Of a stretch of DNA of 64,000 nucleotides, positions 42,553 through 53,197 are shown piece by piece. Source of the DNA: an uncultured Phycisphaerales bacterium (GTDB taxonomy: Bacteria > Planctomycetota > Phycisphaerae > Tepidisphaerales > Tepidisphaeraceae). Below the pieces are notes generated by a model. The model had not been told where the DNA came from. It ran no database searches and worked only from the letters and a program-made list of their open reading frames with translations. The translations under genes were made by a program, and so were the position numbers. The stretch is from NCBI GenBank assembly GCA_963844715.1, contig CAWJPJ010000008.1:352001-416000 (forward strand), given 5' to 3'. How positions within the stretch are numbered: position 1 is the first letter of the stretch; each line of letters begins with the position of its first letter.

Positions 42553-43593
42553 CCGCTGCGCGATTTTCCAGTAGGCGTTCATGATGGGGTTTCCGACACA
42601 CTGCAGCGTGCGGCTTTTGATTTCCGAAAATTCCACTTTGCCGGCGAAATCCATCGTGAACAGGCGATCCGATATTGTTCGCCGTGCGCGAGCCTGCCGC
42701 CGGCGGTTCATGACGTAGGAGATATTTTGGGGGCGCCAGAAGTACCGCCAGGCGCGCAACTTTTGCGAAACCACGCCGTTGCGCACGGCGAAAAAGAGCT
42801 GACCCAGCTCCATCAAAAACAGCATGGGCGAAATCAGAAGCAGCGTGCGGAATTTGTAATAGCTAAGCAAAAGCATCCAGCGGTTGCGCTCAAGATAGTA
42901 ATAGAATTCGTAGTTCCGCTGGAACGTGTATTTGTGCCAGACCACGGCGGCGGGGGCGTATTCGATTTTGAGGCTGGTTTGGCGCAGTTTCCACCCGAGG
43001 TCGGCGTCTTCCAGATAAAGGAAAAATTCGTCGTCGAAGAGCCCCAGGGCCTCGACGGCATTGGCGCACACAACGAAAGCCGCGCCGGAGGGAAAGTCGA
43101 TCTCCCGAGGCTTGTCGTGCGAGCCATCATCCGGCTCGTTGTACGCGGTCACGATCCCGAAGCCTAGGTAATTCGATCTGTTTCCCGCCGTGTTGATCCG
43201 ATCCTTGTTTGGCCAGAGAAGAATTTTGGGTTGAACGGCGGCGACGCTCCCCCTGTCTTTTAATTGTCCGGTAAGCGCTGCAAGCCACCCCGATTTGACG
43301 ATCGTGTCGTGATTCAAAATGGCCAGGTATTCCAAATTCGGGAACTTCTCGCTGGCCAGCTTCCAACCCGCGTTATTCGCGGCGGCGTATCCGCGATTTT
43401 CATTGAGCCTGAGAATTTCGGCCCGCGGGAATTTCTCGCGTACGAAATCCGCGCTGCCGTCCGTGCTGGCGTTGTCGATGACGACGACGTGGGTTTGTAT
43501 GTCCGGATCGCTGGAATTGAAGACGGACGATAAACAATCGTCCAGAAATTCGCGGCCGTTGAACGTGACGATGAGGACGGCGGCCTCGTTCAT
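42538..43593 (-). CDS. Glycosyltransferase family 2
   Basis: IVTFN, IDNASTDGS, NRGYAAANN and FFLYLEDAD. Confidence 0.9.
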   Translation of the reverse strand: MNEAAVLIVTFNGREFLDDCLSSVFNSSDPDIQTHVVVIDNASTDGSADFVREKFPRAEILRLNENRGYAAANNAGWKLASEKFPNLEYLAILNHDTIVKSGWLAALTGQLKDRGSVAAVQPKILLWPNKDRINTAGNRSNYLGFGIVTAYNEPDDGSHDKPREIDFPSGAAFVVCANAVEALGLFDDEFFLYLEDADLGWKLRQTSLKIEYAPAAVVWHKYTFQRNYEFYYYLERNRWMLLLSYYKFRTLLLISPMLFLMELGQLFFAVRNGVVSQKLRAWRYFWRPQNISYVMNRRRQARARRTISDRLFTMDFAGKVEFSEIKSRTLQCVGNPIMNAYWKIAQRLMFW

Positions 43594-43961
43594 GGCGGGG
43601 GAATCCGGGGCGGATTCTCGGGCAGCCGCTCGTTCATGCCGTGTTTTTCCATGAGTATCCCGACGATCTGGGCCAGCGTCGCAATCTTGCGGTCCTGTAG
43701 GCTTACGATCGTCAGTAATTCAAACACCATCAAGATGAGAAACGCCGAGACGCACAGCAGGGAAACCGTGTGGTAGTCGATGTGCAATTTTTCCGCGACC
43801 CACCCCACGCCCGTCGGCCACGCCGCCAGGATCAGGAACGGCAATCCCGTCAGCGCCAGCAAAATGACGTGCCGCTCCTTGATCTTGTAGGTGCGCAATC
43901 GGCGCACGGCCAGCGCGACCGCGCCGAGCCCAAAAATCAGAAGTATGATTCGCGCAACCAT
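43590..43961 (-). CDS. DUF2304-like membrane protein
   Basis: Three TM segments; typical partner downstream of a DPM1-like GT2. Confidence 0.7.
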   Translation of the reverse strand: MVARIILLIFGLGAVALAVRRLRTYKIKERHVILLALTGLPFLILAAWPTGVGWVAEKLHIDYHTVSLLCVSAFLILMVFELLTIVSLQDRKIATLAQIVGILMEKHGMNERLPENPPRIPPP

Positions 43962-43977
43962 AAAATCGGGCCTCCGG

Positions 43978-44090
43978 TCCCCTCTCCTCATGTAACCTTG
44001 GGGAGAGGGTCAGGGTGAGGGGCGTTTTTCGAGCTTCCAAAATGCGCCCCTCACCCTCGCCCTCTCCCCGGAGTACCAGGGAGAGGGGAT
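43978..44090. repeat. Palindromic REP-like element (ccctcaccct..ccctctccc..gggagaggg type)
   Basis: Inverted arms ggagagggtcagggtgaggggc and gcccctcaccctcgccctctcc. A related remnant lies at 11529-11556. Confidence 0.75.
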
Positions 44091-44105
44091 CGATCTTTTG
44101 CTTCT

Positions 44106-44945
44106 TCACGACGCGTCGATTTTTCCGCGCGGCCAAGGCTGGCGCATCGTGTCCATGAACAGGCAGACGCCTACTTTGAGCACGTAGAACATTCCGCTGA
44201 AGAGCCCGATGCTGCTTTTGCCGTACATCCGCCGCCGCATCCGCGCGGGGACTTCGATCACCTTGAAGTTGGACCGGTGCAGCAGCAGCACGACTTCCGG
44301 CTCGGGGTAGTCGTCGGGATACCAATGCGCGTAAGCGCGAATGACCCGCTGATTGACGGCGCGAAACCCGCTGGTGCAATCAGTGATCTTGAGCCCGCTG
44401 AGCATGCGGATCCATATGCTGAGCAGGCGAATCCCGGTTAGTCGCACCGGGCTGGTCTTGAAATTTCGCGGCAGCAGAAATCGCGAGCCCACGACGATAT
44501 CCGCGTTGTTTTCCTGGAGCGCCTCGACCAGCGCCCGCACGCCGCTGGGACGATGCTGCCCGTCGCCGTCCACTTGAACGGCCACGTCATATCCGTGCAA
44601 AGCGGCGTATCGATACCCCGTCTGCATCGCGCCGCCGATACCCAGATTGAACGGCAGGCTGACCACCCGAGCCTCCGGCGGGAGGCAACGAACGGTGTCA
44701 TCCGTCGATCCGTCATCAATCACCAGCACATCGCAATCGGGAAGCAGCCGATGCAGTTGCCGCACCACTCGGCCGACCGATTTGCTCTCGTTAAACGCCG
44801 GAACGATCACCAGGCATTTGAGCTTTGGCTTCCCGGCAGCTTGCGAGGCAGGTTGCGCCGCGGTCGCCGAGGCGGGAATTTCCAGCATCGTCGGCAGCTT
44901 TGGCAGGGGTTGGGGCGGACGAACCACGCTGGTCATGGAGTGCAA
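44106..44945 (-). CDS. Glycosyltransferase family 2 (polyprenol-phosphate GT-like)
   Basis: VPAFNE, IDDGSTD, VDGDGQH and DCTSGFR. Start is uncertain. Confidence 0.88.
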   Translation of the reverse strand: MHSMTSVVRPPQPLPKLPTMLEIPASATAAQPASQAAGKPKLKCLVIVPAFNESKSVGRVVRQLHRLLPDCDVLVIDDGSTDDTVRCLPPEARVVSLPFNLGIGGAMQTGYRYAALHGYDVAVQVDGDGQHRPSGVRALVEALQENNADIVVGSRFLLPRNFKTSPVRLTGIRLLSIWIRMLSGLKITDCTSGFRAVNQRVIRAYAHWYPDDYPEPEVVLLLHRSNFKVIEVPARMRRRMYGKSSIGLFSGMFYVLKVGVCLFMDTMRQPWPRGKIDAS

Positions 44946-45061
44946 GAATGTACCGCAACCCGCCCCGCGAGGCGAGATTAAATCACCCCCTCGGGCGCCG
45001 GGTCTCGATCCTTTGCATTGCCTATGGGTATGGCTATAAAAGCCCCGGAAAAGAGGCTTTT

Positions 45062-45922
45062 ATGCTGATGCAGGGTGCTTCCGCCGAATCTCCGGCGCAA
45101 GCGAGAATCGGGCAGATCACCACCCCCTGGTCGGTCTTTTCCTCGGCATGGAAGCACAGGCGGCTGATCCTGCGCCTGGCCCGCCGCGAGGTCGAGGCCC
45201 GGTATAAAGGCTCGGCCCTGGGCATTCTCTGGATGATCCTCCTGCCGCTGCTGATGCTCGGGGTTTATACGTTTGTTTTCAGCTTTATTTTTCACTCCAA
45301 ATTCACCAGCCCATCGGGCAAAGCCGCGCCGTTTTTCCTCAATGCCTTTGCCGGAATTATTTTGCTGAATCTGTTCAACGAATCGGTCGGCCGTGCGCCG
45401 GGCATGATGCTCGGTAATGTGACTTACATAAAGAAGGTGGTTTTCCCTCTGGAGATTCTGCCTTTCGTGACCGTTGCCGCGGAGCTTGTGACCGTGCTCA
45501 CCAGCGCCGTGGTGCTGGGGATTTTTTATTGGTTCACGCTCGGCCGGCCCCCGCACACCGCCCAGTGGCTCCCCGTCGTCGTCGCGCCTTTATTTCTGAT
45601 GACGCTCGGCTGGGTTTGGTTCATCTCATCGCTGGGGGTTTATCTGCGCGATCTGCGTCACGTGGTAATCGTGGTGCTCAATCTCATTCCGTTCCTGAGC
45701 CCGGTCTTTTATCAGCTCAGCAACATCAGTTCTTCGGTGCGCGGGTTTTTGTATTTAAGCCCGCTGACCGTGGTGCTGGAACAGGTGCGGGACGTTTTGT
45801 TCTGGGGGATCGAGCCAAATTGGATCGTCTGGGGGGTTTATCTGGCGATATCGTGGTTGATCGCGTGGGCGGGATTGGCGTGGTTCCGCCATGCGCAGAC
45901 GGGATTTGCCGATGTCGTCTGA
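45062..45922 (+). CDS. wzm: Polysaccharide ABC transporter permease
   Basis: RYKGSALGILW, YIKKVVFPLE and C-terminal FADVV. Confidence 0.9.
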   Translation: MLMQGASAESPAQARIGQITTPWSVFSSAWKHRRLILRLARREVEARYKGSALGILWMILLPLLMLGVYTFVFSFIFHSKFTSPSGKAAPFFLNAFAGIILLNLFNESVGRAPGMMLGNVTYIKKVVFPLEILPFVTVAAELVTVLTSAVVLGIFYWFTLGRPPHTAQWLPVVVAPLFLMTLGWVWFISSLGVYLRDLRHVVIVVLNLIPFLSPVFYQLSNISSSVRGFLYLSPLTVVLEQVRDVLFWGIEPNWIVWGVYLAISWLIAWAGLAWFRHAQTGFADVV

Positions 45923-47297
45923 ATCCCTGCCGGGCGATTTATCCATCCGCGTGCGCGGGCTGAGCAAAGCCTATCGCATCTTCAAGGCTCCGGAAGACCG
46001 CCTGAAGCAGATGCTCTTCGGCCGGTGGCGCAGCTTTCATCAAGAATTCTGGGCTTTGCGCGACGTCGACCTCGACATCCACAGGGGGGAAACTGTCGGC
46101 CTCATCGGCATCAACGGCTCCGGAAAATCCACGCTCCTTCAACTTATCTGCGGGACACTCACGCCGACAAAGGGGACCGTGCAGGTGCGCGGGAGAATCG
46201 CCGCGCTTTTGGAACTGGGCGCCGGTTTCAATCCCGAATTCACGGGGCACGACAACGTCTTCATCAATGGCGCGATTTTGGGAATGACCCAAAAGCAGAT
46301 GGAAGCCCGCTACGACGATATCGTGAAATTCGCGGACATCGGGGAGTTTCTCGACCAGCCGGTGAAGACCTATTCCAGCGGCATGTACGCCCGGCTCGCG
46401 TTTGCCGTCGCCATCCACGTCGATCCGGAGATTCTCATGGTGGACGAACTCCTCTCCGTCGGCGACGAGGCGTTCCAGCGGAAATGCTTCGCCCGCATTC
46501 GCGAGATTCGCAACGCCGGCGCGACGGTGCTGTTCGTTTCGCACGCCGCCCCGACGATTGTGCAATTGTGCGATAGGGCGGTTCTGCTCGATCACGGCCG
46601 GCGGCTGCTGACGGCCAATCCGAAGCACGCGGTCGCCAAATATCAGAAGCTGGTTTATGCCCCGCCGGAAAAATCGGAGGAAATCCGCCAGGAGATTACG
46701 AAGTTGGACGCATCCGGAGCGCAGGAATCGGACGAGGAAGTTGATTACGAGTCGGGATCGAACGGGGAGAAGACCGGCGAGTCGGAGGATTTATACGATC
46801 CGAACATGGTGCCCAAGAGCATCGTGGCGTATGTTTCGCGCGGGGCGACGATCAAGGAGCCGCGGATTTTGGAGCCGGGGGGAAAGCGGGTGAACGTGCT
46901 GGTTCCGGGGCGCGTCTATCGATACAGCTACCTCGTCAATTTCGACAAACCCGCGACCGGCGTGCGTTTTGGAATGATGATCAAAAATGTCGTTGGGATC
47001 GAAATCGCCGGCGGAGCATCTCATCCACCCACGGGCGGCCTGGAATTTGTCGACGCCGGGCAGCAGGCGCGGGTGACTTTCGAATTTAAAAACCTCCTGG
47101 CGCCGGGCACTTATTTCCTTAACGCCGGCGTGCTCGGAAAAGTTGACGAAACGGGTGAAAGCTGGCTCCATCGCCTGCTGGACGTCGTCATGTTCCGCGT
47201 CGATGCCACGCCGGCGCCCGTGGCCACGGGAATCGTGAATCTCATGACCGAAGAACATTGCGAAGTTCGCATCCTCACACCGGCGGGAAAGGTATAG
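45912..47297 (+). CDS. wzt: Polysaccharide ABC transporter ATPase with C-terminal Wzt_C-like domain
   Basis: GINGSGKST, YSSGMYARLAF, DELLSVGD and a C-terminal Ig-like extension. Confidence 0.92.
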   Translation: MSSESLPGDLSIRVRGLSKAYRIFKAPEDRLKQMLFGRWRSFHQEFWALRDVDLDIHRGETVGLIGINGSGKSTLLQLICGTLTPTKGTVQVRGRIAALLELGAGFNPEFTGHDNVFINGAILGMTQKQMEARYDDIVKFADIGEFLDQPVKTYSSGMYARLAFAVAIHVDPEILMVDELLSVGDEAFQRKCFARIREIRNAGATVLFVSHAAPTIVQLCDRAVLLDHGRRLLTANPKHAVAKYQKLVYAPPEKSEEIRQEITKLDASGAQESDEEVDYESGSNGEKTGESEDLYDPNMVPKSIVAYVSRGATIKEPRILEPGGKRVNVLVPGRVYRYSYLVNFDKPATGVRFGMMIKNVVGIEIAGGASHPPTGGLEFVDAGQQARVTFEFKNLLAPGTYFLNAGVLGKVDETGESWLHRLLDVVMFRVDATPAPVATGIVNLMTEEHCEVRILTPAGKV

Positions 47298-47306
47298 ACT
47301 GCTCGC

Positions 47307-48731
47307 ATGGCTGAATCGACCGCCATTCTCGTGCTCGGCATGCATCGCAGCGGAACCAGCGCGCTGGCGGGCGTGCTCCATCTCCTGGGCGCGGCCATGC
47401 CCGACGATCTGATGGCGGGGGATCAGTACAACGAAAAAGGATATTGGGAATCGAAGGAAATCGCGGACTTCAACGACGAATTGTTCAAATCCGCCGGGTG
47501 GACGTGGGACCAGATCGGAAAGTTTCCCGCCGACTGGTACGAGAAGCCGCAATGCGGCGAATTTCGCGCCCGGGCGGTGGAGCTGCTCGCCAAGCGATTC
47601 GGGCAAAGTCCGCTTTTTGTGCCGAAAGACCCGAGGATTTGCCTCCTCGCCCCGTTTTGGATTTCGGTTTTGGAGGAGATGAAAATCCGGTCTGTGTTCG
47701 TGATTGCGGCTCGGCATCCGCGCGAAGTCGCCGCGTCGCTGGCACGTCGGGATCATTTCCCGCCCGAAAAATCCGAATTGCTTTGGCTGACTCATCTTCT
47801 GGAAGCCGAGCGATCCACGCGCAATCAGCCGCGCTGCTTTGTGTCATATGACCGGCTTCTGGAGGATTGGCGGGCGTGCGCGGCGCGGATCGCCAAGACC
47901 GCCGGGCTGGAGTGGCCGGTGTCTTTCGATTCCGCCGCGGAAAAGATCGACGCGACGCTCAGCGGCGATCTCAAGCATCACCGCGCCTTGATGGAAGATC
48001 TGGCCGGCGTCTCGCCCTGGGCAAAGAGCGCGTATGAGGCGATTCAAACGGCCGCCGGCGGAGACGAATCAAATCTCGCCAAGACGCTGGACGACATCGC
48101 GGCGCCGTTTGATATCGCCCTGGCCGTTTTCTCACCCCTTATCGTCGGTTCGCCGCGAGGCGGGCAAAGTTCGATCGACGCGGCGATCTTTTCGGAACTG
48201 AAGCGATTGGAAGAGCGCGATCGGCGGATGGAAGCCGAGCGGGCGGCAATCGCCAAGATCGCCGCGGAATCGGCGGTGCACGGACACGCGGGGCTGGATC
48301 AACTCGTCCCCGTCTCCGGCGCGACCCGCGACTCGGACGGCTCCTGGCAGGGGAGCGGTTCTCCCCGGTTCCTAGCGGCCGTTTCGCTCCCGCCGGGGAA
48401 GATGCGGATTCGCGCCACCATCCAATCGACGGTTTGGTCGCGCGCTTCGGTTTGTCTCGATTACGGCCGCGGATTCATCGACTGCGAATCCGTCGAACTC
48501 GCCCCCATTTTCCCGGGCGAAAATCGCATCGACCGGGCCGTCAACGTCTATCAGCCCGCCTCCCTCGTCCGCTTCGATCCGCTTCAGGACCCGGGAGAAT
48601 TCACCCTCACGGCTTTCATCCTTGAGCACGTCCCCGCCTCTTACGACGAAAAGAACGCCGAGACCGCGGAGATGGGGCAAAAGTGGACGCAGATGAAAAA
48701 ACGACTCAAGGACCTTTTTTCATCCGTGTAA
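47307..48731 (+). CDS. Sulfotransferase-family protein
   Basis: VLGMHRSGTSAL, KDPR and RHPxEVAxSL. Confidence 0.75.
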   Translation: MAESTAILVLGMHRSGTSALAGVLHLLGAAMPDDLMAGDQYNEKGYWESKEIADFNDELFKSAGWTWDQIGKFPADWYEKPQCGEFRARAVELLAKRFGQSPLFVPKDPRICLLAPFWISVLEEMKIRSVFVIAARHPREVAASLARRDHFPPEKSELLWLTHLLEAERSTRNQPRCFVSYDRLLEDWRACAARIAKTAGLEWPVSFDSAAEKIDATLSGDLKHHRALMEDLAGVSPWAKSAYEAIQTAAGGDESNLAKTLDDIAAPFDIALAVFSPLIVGSPRGGQSSIDAAIFSELKRLEERDRRMEAERAAIAKIAAESAVHGHAGLDQLVPVSGATRDSDGSWQGSGSPRFLAAVSLPPGKMRIRATIQSTVWSRASVCLDYGRGFIDCESVELAPIFPGENRIDRAVNVYQPASLVRFDPLQDPGEFTLTAFILEHVPASYDEKNAETAEMGQKWTQMKKRLKDLFSSV

Positions 48732-48735
48732 ATCC

Positions 48736-49719
48736 GTGCCCAACCCTGACACGAAAGTTTCCGTCGCCCTCTGCACCTTCAACGGCGATCGATATCTCGC
48801 CGAGCAACTGGCGAGCCTCGCTTCCCAGGACCGAAAAATCGACGAGCTTGTCGTCTGCGACGACGCTTCGACGGACCAGACGCAAAAAATCCTGCGGGAC
48901 TTTGCCGCCTGCGCCCCCATGCCCGTGCGTCTGGAAATCAACGAAAAACAATTAGGCCCATCGCAAAATTTCCAGCAGGCCATCGAGCGCTGCAGGGGAG
49001 AATTCATTTTCCTCTGCGACCAGGATGATCGGTGGCGCCCCGACAAAGTCCGCCGCATGCTCGAAGCGTTCCAGGACGAAGAGGCGGCCCTCGCTTTTTC
49101 CGATGCGAAAGTGATTAACGCCAACGGCGCTGCCGTGGGGTCATCCTTTTGGCGTTCCATCTGGTTCGACGCGAGTGAACAGGATCGCGTCCGCCGCGGC
49201 GACGGCTTGCCCGTGCTGCTTCGTCACTCGATCGCCGCCGGCGCGATGCTCGGCTTCCGGGCCAAATGCCTGCCGCTGTTATTGCCGCTGCCGGACTTGC
49301 CCCGATCGCACGATATCTGGATCACGCTCCTCGCCGCCGCGGCCGCGAAAATCTCGCCTATCGCCGAACCGCTCATCGACTATCGCATTCACGGTGAGAA
49401 TCAGATCGGCCTCCCTGCCGAAGGTCTGCGCGGCCAAATCTCCGCCGTGCGCCGGCAGATTCATCAAAATGCCTTCGGCCTGGCGGCTGATGTTTATGAG
49501 CAGGCCTATCGCCGGCTCGATGAAAACCGCTCGCGCTGGCCGATCAAGGAGCAAACGCTTTCTTTGCTTCGAGCCAAGATCGACCACAGCCGCACCCGCG
49601 ACCGCCTGCCCGGCTGGCCCTCGCGCCTCGGCGTCATCTCCCGCGAATGGAAATCCGGCAACTACGCCAAGTATTCCTACGGATTCAAAAGCGTTTTGCA
49701 GGATTTATTCCTGCGATGA
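48736..49719 (+). CDS. Glycosyltransferase family 2 (rhamnosyltransferase-like)
   Basis: CTFNG, DDASTD, CDQDD, HD and YRIH. Confidence 0.88.
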   Translation: MPNPDTKVSVALCTFNGDRYLAEQLASLASQDRKIDELVVCDDASTDQTQKILRDFAACAPMPVRLEINEKQLGPSQNFQQAIERCRGEFIFLCDQDDRWRPDKVRRMLEAFQDEEAALAFSDAKVINANGAAVGSSFWRSIWFDASEQDRVRRGDGLPVLLRHSIAAGAMLGFRAKCLPLLLPLPDLPRSHDIWITLLAAAAAKISPIAEPLIDYRIHGENQIGLPAEGLRGQISAVRRQIHQNAFGLAADVYEQAYRRLDENRSRWPIKEQTLSLLRAKIDHSRTRDRLPGWPSRLGVISREWKSGNYAKYSYGFKSVLQDLFLR

Positions 49720-49730
49720 AGAGATCGGAA

Positions 49731-50660
49731 TCACTTCCCCAGATAGAAATTCGCTAATTTGTCCCACGCTTCGGATTCGGACCATTGGACCTCTCCCTGG
49801 TCGGGGCGATGCGAATTGACGCGATAGAGGGGCTCGGGAAAATCGGTTTGCGTCTCCAGCCGCACCGGGCAGGGGACACCCAATCGCTTGGCCATTTCCG
49901 TCGAAACGCGATGCGTGAAATCGCCGACGGATTCGATGTATCCGCTGGGTCCGTAGTGCAGGTATCCCGGTTCGTCGGGGAGCGTCCGCACCATTCTCGC
50001 ATAGGCCCCGGCCAGCAAGTCGATGTGAATGTTGTCGCGCACGTACTCCGGCGTTTTCACCGACGGCGTCTGCCGCGTCAGCCAGGATTTCATCAAATAA
50101 GCCACAAACCGCGGCTCCTCGAGCGGGCCAATCGGATTGGGAATGACGAATTTACCGAGCGAAAATCCCTCGCGCGGGGCGTGGAACTTTACGAACTCCG
50201 CCGTCAATCCCTTGGATAACCCGTAGGGGCTGAACGCCAGCCGGGGCTCCGGACCGACCCCTTCGTTCTGCTCAAAGACGCTGCCGGTCAGAATCATCTT
50301 GCCGCAATTATTCTCGCGCAGTTTTCGAAGCACCGGAACGAGATTGCGAACATTCGCCGCCGTCGCGCCGACGCGCGTCAAAATCCGGGCTTTTATAATC
50401 CCGCACCTCCGACGCATGATGGCATAGCACATCAAACGGCCCATCCGTCTCGATCAATTTCAAAAATGCGTCGTCCCCGAAGTTGATCCCAAATCGTAGC
50501 TCGCAAGCCCCCGGCAGCATCGCCACTCGCCGGGCTTTTACGTCCGCATATCCATCCACCTGCCCGCGCAGGGCGCCACCACGCGATGTCCCGCCTTGCG
50601 CAGGGCGGTGACCATCCAGTATCCGCTGAACGAGCTTGCGCCGGTGAATAGGATATTCAT
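49731..50660 (-). CDS. NAD-dependent epimerase/dehydratase, frameshifted in this sequence
   Basis: MNILFTGASSFSG start at 50660; YGLSK and RDNIH motifs fall in other frames. Confidence 0.75.
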
Positions 50661-50672
50661 GCGACTCGTCGA

Positions 50673-51219
50673 TTATCGCAGGTGGTACGCCGGATCAAAA
50701 TCCCGGTGCTTCGCATCTTTGTCGGAAAGCACTTTCGGCTCGATCGGCCACTGAATTTTGAATTTCGGATCGTTCCACCGCACGCCCCGCTCGCGGTCGG
50801 CGGAATAAAAGTTCGAAACCAGGTACAACGCCTCGGTGTCCTCTTCAAGGGTCAGGAACCCGTGTCCGAATCCTGCGCGGGACATACATCCATTTGCGAT
50901 TCTCGGCCGTCAGCTCCTGTCCGAAATGCTGCCCGAAGGTGGGGGACCCCTCGCGTAAATCGAGGGCGACGTCGAAGAGTCTTCCCCGCACGCAGCGCAC
51001 GACTTTCACTTCCTGCCAGGGCGCGAGCTGATAGTGCATGCCGCGAAGCGTTCCTTTTTGCACGCTAAACGAGTTGTTGACCTGGCAGAATTTCGTCTCC
51101 AGGCCTTGCGCGGCGAATTCTTTTTCGCAGAACGACCTTGCGAAGAACCCGCGCTCGTCGCCGCGCGGCTCCTGATCGATCACGAATACGCCCTCGATCG
51201 GGCTGGGGTGAAATTTCAT
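50673..51219 (-). CDS. RmlC/RfbC-like NDP-sugar 3,5-epimerase, one frameshift near 50878
   Basis: DERGFF, GTLRGMHYQ, GFGHGF and WNDP. Confidence 0.88.
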
Positions 51220-51231
51220 CGAAATAATGCC

Positions 51232-52281
51232 CTACGGGTTTTGCCAGACCAGATCGGAATTCAATCGCCCCGCGGCGATGTGCTTCTTGAGCGTGTGCAA
51301 ACGGATCAAATTCGACTCGCGGAAATTCTTGTCGTGAAAGCCAATTGCCCGCAGCCCCTCGACCAAGCCGTCGATCGTCCCCGGCAAAGTCGCCAGCGGC
51401 TGATGCTGCGGGGCAAGTTCCCTAAAGAGCGAAAAATCCACGCGATAAGATCGTTTGTCCGGCGGAGCGGCGCTATTGATCTTCACCGCGCATCCGGGAA
51501 CTTTTTCCGCCACCGCATGCGCCAGATCGCGCACCTGATAGTTCCATTTTTCCGCCCCGGCGTTGACGACCAGATAATCCCCGCCGCGGTCGGCAGGGCG
51601 CTGAATCGCCCAGGCGATCGCCCGCGCCATGTCGCTGACATTGATCAGCGGCCGCCAGGGCGACCCGTCGCTGAGCACGGTGATCTCGCCGCTCGCCAGC
51701 GCGCACGCGACGAAGTCGTTCAGAACCAGATCGAGCCGCAATCGCGGCGACATTCCGCACGCCGTCGCAAATCGCAGGCACGTCGCGGTCATTTTCCGGT
51801 CCGCCAACCCCTCGAGCGCCTGCTCCATTGCCACTTTCGAGCGGGCGTAAGCCGTCAGGGGGTCGAGCGCGTCTTTTTCCGTCCGCGCCCCGTCGGACGC
51901 CGCGCCGTACACGCTGCAGCTGGACGCGAAGACAAAATGCTTGACGCCCCGCGCCTTGGCCAGTTCCGCGAGTTTGACGCTGGCGCGAATGTTGATCTGT
52001 TCGGTCACCTGCTCGAACTGCTTCCCCATCGGGTCGTTCGAGACAGCGGCGAGATGCACGACCGCGTCCAAGCCGTCGAGGAGATTGGCCGGGAATTGCC
52101 GCAGGTCGCCAAAGTATTGGGTCTTGAGCGCCCGATCCGGATCGGCCGCGGCGCTGGTCAGGCAATGCCCAAAATACGCGTTATCGAAACCGATCAACTC
52201 GATGCCAGGAAACGCCCCAGCCAGACTCGGGACGAGGACCGAGCCGACATATGCCATATTGCCGGTGATCAGAACTTTCAT
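51232..52281 (-). CDS. NAD-dependent epimerase/dehydratase
   Basis: ITGNMAYVG, HLAAVSNDP, SSCSVYG and YARSK. Confidence 0.88.
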   Translation of the reverse strand: MKVLITGNMAYVGSVLVPSLAGAFPGIELIGFDNAYFGHCLTSAAADPDRALKTQYFGDLRQFPANLLDGLDAVVHLAAVSNDPMGKQFEQVTEQINIRASVKLAELAKARGVKHFVFASSCSVYGAASDGARTEKDALDPLTAYARSKVAMEQALEGLADRKMTATCLRFATACGMSPRLRLDLVLNDFVACALASGEITVLSDGSPWRPLINVSDMARAIAWAIQRPADRGGDYLVVNAGAEKWNYQVRDLAHAVAEKVPGCAVKINSAAPPDKRSYRVDFSLFRELAPQHQPLATLPGTIDGLVEGLRAIGFHDKNFRESNLIRLHTLKKHIAAGRLNSDLVWQNP

Positions 52282-53057
52282 TCAATCTTTCCAGATTTTC
52301 CAGGGCGCTTTGCCTTCCACCCAGAGCGATTCCAGAAACCGCTTGTCGCGCAGCGTATCCATCGGATGCCAGAAGCCTTTGTGGAAGTACCCGGCCATTT
52401 TTCCCTTTGCCGCCAGGCCTTCCATCGGCTCGCGCTCCCAGCTTGTGTTGTCCCCTTCGATGAAGTCGCCGATTCGCGGCGAGAGTACAAAGAACCCGCC
52501 GTTGATCCACCCGCCATCGCCTTCCGGTTTTTCCTGCATGCCAGTGATTTTCGCGCCCGATGTTTAAGGGCGCCAAATCGCCCCGGCGGGCGCACCGCCG
52601 TCACCGTGCAGAGTGATTTCTCACGTTTATGCAGAGCGATCGCCGCGGTGACGTCCACGTCGCCGACACCGTCGCCGTAGGTCATGCAAAACGCCTCGTC
52701 GTCCGAGACATAGGGGAGCGCGCGTTTGATTCGCCCGCCGGTCATCGTGTCGTCGCCGGTATCGATGAGCGTGATCGTCCAGGGCTCGGTCATGCGGCGA
52801 TGGAAGGTCACTTTCTGATTCCGCATGTCAAACGTCACATCCGACGTGTGCAGAGGATATTTCTCGAGGTACTCCTTGATGACGTATCCCTTGTACCCGA
52901 GGCAGACCACGAAATCGTTGATTCCGTGCGCCGAGTAAATTTTCATGATGTGCCAAAGAATCGGCCGCCCGCCGATCTCCACCATCGGCTTGGGTCTGAC
53001 TTCCGTTTCCTCGGCAAGGCGTGTTCCAAGCCCTCCCGCAAGAATGACCGCCTTCAT
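52282..53057 (-). CDS. rfbF: Glucose-1-phosphate cytidylyltransferase, frameshifted near 52550
   Basis: LAGGLGTRL..PKPMVEIG, TMTGGRIKR and TYGDGV, then WINGGFF and FWHPMDTLRD in a second frame. Confidence 0.9.
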
Positions 53058-53197
53058 GCCCGCTCACTTTCCAATTTGACGCCCGTTTCGCGCCCGATTT
53101 TCGCATTTTCACCCTGAGCGCGAAAAGTTCAAGGGGCGTCCATTTATCGGCGGGTCTGCGGATAGCCATCGGACTGGGTAAAACGTATAGTTTCTGC